Origin: an uncultured Actinomycetota bacterium
GTDB lineage: Bacteria > Actinomycetota > Actinomycetes > Actinomycetales > CAWJMD01
Assembly (NCBI GenBank): GCA_963825505.1
Contig: CAWGTL010000010.1
Span: 128,080 to 192,079 of the forward strand
DNA length: 64,000 bases
Reading direction: 5' to 3'
Below, in pieces: positions 59,825 to 64,000 of the stretch; position 1 is the first letter of the stretch; the number at the start of each line of letters is the position of its first letter. The notes under the pieces are model-generated. The model was not told the DNA's origin and did not search any database. It saw only the letters and a list, made by a program, of their open reading frames with translations. A program made the position numbers and the translations under genes.

Positions 59825-60799
59825 ATGAGCGGCTTCCAGGGATCCGACGTCGACGCACTCGACCAGATCGCGGGCTGGACCAAGAAGGCCGCGGACTTCG
59901 CCACGCTCGTGGCCGGCGTCCTGGAGGCGGTCGCCACCGCTCTCGAGGCGTTCTCGTGGACCGGCTGGGCCGCCGCCTTCGCCAGGTACCTGCGCACCGT
60001 CGTGATCCCGTGGGTCAGGTCGGCGGCGAAGATGCTCAGCTCTGCCTCGCAGTTCCTGGCGCTGATGAGCGGCAAGCAGAAGGACGCCAGTGGCGACACC
60101 CCGCAGGTGTCCACCGGCAGCACTCCGGGCTACCAGGTGCCCAGGCTCCCGACCGTGAGCACGGGCGACGCCCCGCAGGTCGCGGCGATCACGATCACCT
60201 TCGGCTCGCCGGGCGCGAGCGCTGGGTCCACCGGCGTCCAGGTGACCCCACCCTCGCTCACCGGCACCGGCCCGGTCGTCCCCGGCCAGGTGGTCGGGAG
60301 CACCGGGGCGGGCGCCACCGTCACCGTCCCGGCCGCCGCGCTGACAGGTGCGCTGACAGGCGGGGGGCTGGCTCGTGGGGGGCTGGCCGGCGGCGCACTC
60401 ACGGGTGCGGCGCTCGCCCGCGAGACCACCGGCGGCCTGTCCTCCGGCGGCGGGTCGGGCTCCGGCCTCGGCTACCGGACCCCCTCCGGCGCGGGCGCCC
60501 TCACGGGCAGCGGCGACGGCGTCGCCGACACCGCCCTCGGCGGCGGGACCGGTGGTGGGAACGGCACCTCGTCCGGCCTGTTCACCGCCGGCTCGGGCGC
60601 GTCGGGCTCGTTCGACCGGACCCTGCCCGCGACCCCGTCCGACCAGGGAGACGGCCCCGGCGCCGCGGTCCTGGCGGCACCCCTCGGCGTGCTCGGCCTC
60701 GGAGCGGCGGCGCTGTCCGCCCACGCGGCCCGCACGGCGACCCAGACCCCGGAGTCCGACGGAGGGAGCGTCCAGGACGACGGCAGCACGACCGCATGA
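59825..60799 (+). CDS. WXG-like N-terminal domain protein with a Gly/Thr-rich repeat region and a C-terminal TM anchor
   Basis: MSGFQGSDVDALDQIAGW... with FSWTGWAAAF (W-x-G) and QKDAS at the end of the domain. ALTGALTGGGLARGGLAGGALTGAAL repeats. C-terminal AAVLAAPLGVLGLGAAALSA. Confidence 0.65.
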   Translation: MSGFQGSDVDALDQIAGWTKKAADFATLVAGVLEAVATALEAFSWTGWAAAFARYLRTVVIPWVRSAAKMLSSASQFLALMSGKQKDASGDTPQVSTGSTPGYQVPRLPTVSTGDAPQVAAITITFGSPGASAGSTGVQVTPPSLTGTGPVVPGQVVGSTGAGATVTVPAAALTGALTGGGLARGGLAGGALTGAALARETTGGLSSGGGSGSGLGYRTPSGAGALTGSGDGVADTALGGGTGGGNGTSSGLFTAGSGASGSFDRTLPATPSDQGDGPGAAVLAAPLGVLGLGAAALSAHAARTATQTPESDGGSVQDDGSTTA

Positions 60800-60873
60800 C
60801 GCACGCGCAGTAGCTCGACGCCCGTTTCCACATCCGGTTCCACCAGACACCCACGCACAGAAGGAGAACCACC

Positions 60874-61140
60874 ATGAGCACCGTCCTCGGGATGGACATC
60901 AACGCCGCACGCGACCTCGTCCGCGTGATGAGCTCCGACGCCGACACGATCACCCAGCTCTCCGGCCGGCTGACCAACCAGCTGGAGCAGACCACCTGGT
61001 TCGGCCCGGACGCCAACGCCTTCCGGTCGGCCTGGCAGGGCGAGTACGTGCCCGCCCTGCAGCGGATCGTCCAGGCCCTGCAGGAGAACTCCCAGGCGCT
61101 GTCGGCCCAGGCGGACGACCAGGAGCGCGCGTCGTCCTGA
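60874..61140 (+). CDS. WXG100 family (EsxA/EsxB-like) protein, 88 aa
   Basis: AAGGAGAA SD. TTWFGPDANAFRSAWQGEY contains W-x-G at mid-length. Sits directly upstream of the FtsK-like ATPase gene. Confidence 0.85.
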   Translation: MSTVLGMDINAARDLVRVMSSDADTITQLSGRLTNQLEQTTWFGPDANAFRSAWQGEYVPALQRIVQALQENSQALSAQADDQERASS

Positions 61141-61245
61141 TCGGCCGCTGAACCCGCCGACCGGCGGCGGACCCGCCCTCGCGGCGGCCGCCGCCGGCCG
61201 GCACGTCCGGCCCCGTCTCTCACGCACTCGTCCAGGAGGTCCGCC

Positions 61246-64000
61246 GTGTGGCGACTGAGCATCGTGCCCACCGAGGGCACGGGCCTGACCGGCGCCGACG
61301 TCGTCGTGCACGCCGAGCCGGGCGCCCGCGTGGTCGACCTGGCGGGTGTGCTGGCCGAGCACCTCGGCGGAGGGGCCGCCGCCGCCCCGCCGCTCCTGGT
61401 CCCGCTCGTGGACGGCGGGGTGTGGCCGGCCGACCGGCGGCTGTTCGACTGCGGCCTGCGCCAGGGGGACGTGCTCGAGGTGACCTCCGTGCCGGCCTCG
61501 TGGCGCACGACGCCGGCGCGTACCCGGCGCACCACCGCCACCGTGCGGGTCGTGGCCGGACCCGACGCCGGGAAGAGCGTCCGGGTCGACGGCGACAGCC
61601 TCACCGTCGGACGCAGCCGCGAGTGCACGGTGCGGCTGTCGGACCCGCTCGTCAGCCGGGTGCACACCCGCGTCCTGCTCAGCGGCGGGCCGGTGGTCAG
61701 CGACGAGGGCTCTGCCCACGGCACCCGGGTCGGTGGCCACGAGGTGGTGCGCCCGCAGGCGGTCGGGTGGGGGGAGCGCGTCGACCTCGGCGGCAGCGCC
61801 TTCGTGGTCGAGCCGCCCGACGGCGGCGCGGCCCGGGCCGACGACGGCGTCGCCGTCCTGCGCCCGCCGCGCTTCGGCGAGGCGGTCGACGAGCTCGAGC
61901 TCGACACCCCGACCCCACCCAGCCGCCCGAAGCCGCAGCCGCCCCCGTGGGCGATGCTCGCCATGCCGGTGGTGCTCGGCGGCGCGCTGTTCCTCTCCGG
62001 CCGCAGCACCTACGCGCTGGTGTTCGTCGTCGGCTGGCCGGTGATCATGCTCATCACCTGGCTGACCGCCCGGCGCCAGCAGCGCAAGGAGTTCGAGCGC
62101 GAGCTCGCGGCCTGGCGGGAGGACATGCAGGCCGTGCTCGACCAGCTCGACCACGCTGCGACCGTCCAGCGCGAGCACGCCGAGGACGACGACCCCGACG
62201 TCGACGTCGTGCGGTCCCGGGTGGTCTCGCGCGACCGCCGGCTCTGGGTGCGCGGTCCCGACGACGACGACTTCGGCCTGGTCCGCGTGGGCCGCGGCGG
62301 GGTGCCCGCCAAGGTCACCGGCAAGCGGTCCTCCAGCGGGGACCGCGAGGTGCTGCTCGAGGCCCGCGAGCTGCTGTCGTCGCGCACCGTCCTGGAGCAG
62401 ATGCCGGTGACCGTGCCGGTGCTCGAGCACGGCGTGGTCGCGGTGACCGGCGACCCGGACGAGCTCGACGCCGCCGTCCGCGCGATGGTGCTGCGGCTCG
62501 CCGGAGGCCACTCACCGGCCGAGGTGCAGCTCGTCGCGCTGCTCGGCCGCGGCCGCGAGCACCTGGAGAGCTGGCTGCGCTGGCTGCCGCACTGCGCACC
62601 GCGCAGCGGCGGGGTCGCGCCGGTGGCGGTGGGTCCCGTCGAGGCCACGCCTCTGCTCGAGGTGCTCGCGGCGGAGGGCGCCGGACGCGGGCGGACGGTC
62701 TGCCTGGTCGACGCCGGCTGCGGTCTGCCGCGGCGCGTGGTCGAGGCCGCAGCGGCCGCAGGGCCCGAGCAGGGCCTGCACCTGATCTGGTTCGGGACGG
62801 CGGCCGACGAGATCCCCTCCCGCACAGCCGTGCACGTCGACCTCCGGGCGAAGCGGGTCGAGCAGGCCGGTCGACGCGGACGGGTGGAGCTCGACAGCAC
62901 CGACGCGGTCGGGCTCGTCCCCGCCTGGCACGCCGCGCGCGGCATGACCGGCTACCAGGACGCCGTCGCGCTCGTGCAGCCCGACTCGGCCCTGCCCGAG
63001 CAGGTGCGCCTGCCGGACCTCGGCACCGACCTGCGCAGCTGCGACGACGTCGACACCGTGCTCGGCCGCTGGACCGCGGCGCGCGGCCTGCGGGCCCAGA
63101 TCGGTTCCGGCGTCGACGGTGTCGTCACGCTCGACCTGCGCGAGGACGGCCCGCACGGTCTGGTCGCGGGGACGACCGGCTCGGGCAAGTCCGAGCTCCT
63201 GCAGACCCTGATCAGCTCGCTCGCGGTGAACAACCCGCCGACGCGGATCACCTTCCTGCTGGTCGACTACAAGGGCGGCGCGGCGTTCCGCGAGTGCGCC
63301 GACCTGCCCCACACGGTCGGGTACATCACCGACCTCACGCCGGCACTGGTGCAACGGGCGCTGGTGTCGCTGCACGCCGAGCTGACCCACCGCGAGGGCC
63401 TGCTCGCCGAGCACGGCGCCAAGGACCTGGTCGCGCTCGAGCGCGACCACCCGGAGGTGGCTCCACCCAGCCTGCTCATCTGCGTGGACGAGTTCGCCGC
63501 GCTCACCGCCGAGGTGCCGGACTTCGTCGACGGGATGGTGTCGATCGCCCAGCGGGGCCGCTCGCTCGGGATGCACATGCTGCTCGCCACGCAGCGCCCG
63601 GCCGGCGTCGTGACGCCCCAGATCAAGGCGAACACCGACCTGCGCATCGCCCTGCGGGTGGCCTCCGGCGACGACAGCACCGACGTCATCGACGCGCCCG
63701 ACGCGGCCCAGCTCTCCCGCCGCACGCCCGGACGCGCCTGGGTGCGGCGCACGGGTCACGGCACCACCGAGCTGGTCCAGGTGGCGTGGGTCGGCGGGCG
63801 CGAGCCCCTGCACGACGCCGCCGCCACCGTGCGGGTGGCACCGTTCTCGGCGCGCGACCTCGGCGGCGACGGCCAGGTGGCCGGCGAGCGCGTGCACCCG
63901 CGCTCGGACCTCGACCGCCTCGTCGGGACGACCACGGCCGCCTTCGTGCGGTCGGGCCTGCCCCAGCCGCGCCGGCCCTGGCTTCCGGCGCTCGGCCAGG
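61246..64000 (+). CDS. Type VII secretion FtsK/SpoIIIE-family ATPase (EssC/EccC-like) with N-terminal beta-grasp-like and FHA domains; 3' end outside the window
   Basis: CAGGAGG SD with GTG 61246. The frame stays open to the window end (checked codon by codon). FHA domain: LTVGRSRECTVRLSDPLVSRVHTRVLL...SDEGSAHGTRVGG. Two TM segments (AMLAMPVVLGGALFL, ALVFVVGWPVIMLITWL). ATPase motifs: Walker A GTTGSGKSE, Walker B LLICVDEFAAL, and LLATQRP. Confidence 0.85.
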   Translation, partial: MWRLSIVPTEGTGLTGADVVVHAEPGARVVDLAGVLAEHLGGGAAAAPPLLVPLVDGGVWPADRRLFDCGLRQGDVLEVTSVPASWRTTPARTRRTTATVRVVAGPDAGKSVRVDGDSLTVGRSRECTVRLSDPLVSRVHTRVLLSGGPVVSDEGSAHGTRVGGHEVVRPQAVGWGERVDLGGSAFVVEPPDGGAARADDGVAVLRPPRFGEAVDELELDTPTPPSRPKPQPPPWAMLAMPVVLGGALFLSGRSTYALVFVVGWPVIMLITWLTARRQQRKEFERELAAWREDMQAVLDQLDHAATVQREHAEDDDPDVDVVRSRVVSRDRRLWVRGPDDDDFGLVRVGRGGVPAKVTGKRSSSGDREVLLEARELLSSRTVLEQMPVTVPVLEHGVVAVTGDPDELDAAVRAMVLRLAGGHSPAEVQLVALLGRGREHLESWLRWLPHCAPRSGGVAPVAVGPVEATPLLEVLAAEGAGRGRTVCLVDAGCGLPRRVVEAAAAAGPEQGLHLIWFGTAADEIPSRTAVHVDLRAKRVEQAGRRGRVELDSTDAVGLVPAWHAARGMTGYQDAVALVQPDSALPEQVRLPDLGTDLRSCDDVDTVLGRWTAARGLRAQIGSGVDGVVTLDLREDGPHGLVAGTTGSGKSELLQTLISSLAVNNPPTRITFLLVDYKGGAAFRECADLPHTVGYITDLTPALVQRALVSLHAELTHREGLLAEHGAKDLVALERDHPEVAPPSLLICVDEFAALTAEVPDFVDGMVSIAQRGRSLGMHMLLATQRPAGVVTPQIKANTDLRIALRVASGDDSTDVIDAPDAAQLSRRTPGRAWVRRTGHGTTELVQVAWVGGREPLHDAAATVRVAPFSARDLGGDGQVAGERVHPRSDLDRLVGTTTAAFVRSGLPQPRRPWLPALGQ

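Overview
Very GC-rich (by eye above 70% GC, strong G/C third-position bias) actinobacterial chromosome segment, probably from a motile member of the Micrococcales (Cellulomonas-like; the lineage is a guess). The left end holds the 3' half of a flagellar export operon: fliM (partial), fliN, fliO, fliPQR, flhB, flhA, an FlhF-like gene, a small membrane ORF and csrA. Next come small housekeeping and accessory genes, a badly degraded DUF222/HNH gene and a secreted beta-propeller protein. The GlgE alpha-glucan cluster follows (ybbN-like, glgB, mak, glgE, glgP, glgX) and is split by a GGDEF-EAL plus DUF5317 gene pair. After that is an MGLP-like polysaccharide gene set (methyltransferase, acyltransferase, GT4, GH57). 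It is interrupted by an AbiEi/DUF559-like gene bracketed by inverted copies of a ~60-bp palindromic element. The conserved backbone etfBA, cysteine desulfurase, mnmA, ligA, gatCAB comes next (syntenic with M. tuberculosis Rv3009c-Rv3032). It carries accessory insertions: a WXG-domain/lysozyme-like fusion protein, two more GGDEF-EAL genes and an orphan 406-aa protein. The right end is a type VII secretion-like locus with three WXG-type genes and a Ubl-FHA-FtsK (EssC-like) ATPase cut by the window edge. The most interesting signals are the distal WXG-hydrolase fusion and a 21-nt motif shared upstream of three WXG-type genes. I saw no rRNA, tRNA, CRISPR array or transposase. About ten single-base frame disruptions hit otherwise conserved genes, with a cluster at 36.2-41.0 kb. 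These are probably assembly indels, but that is unproven.
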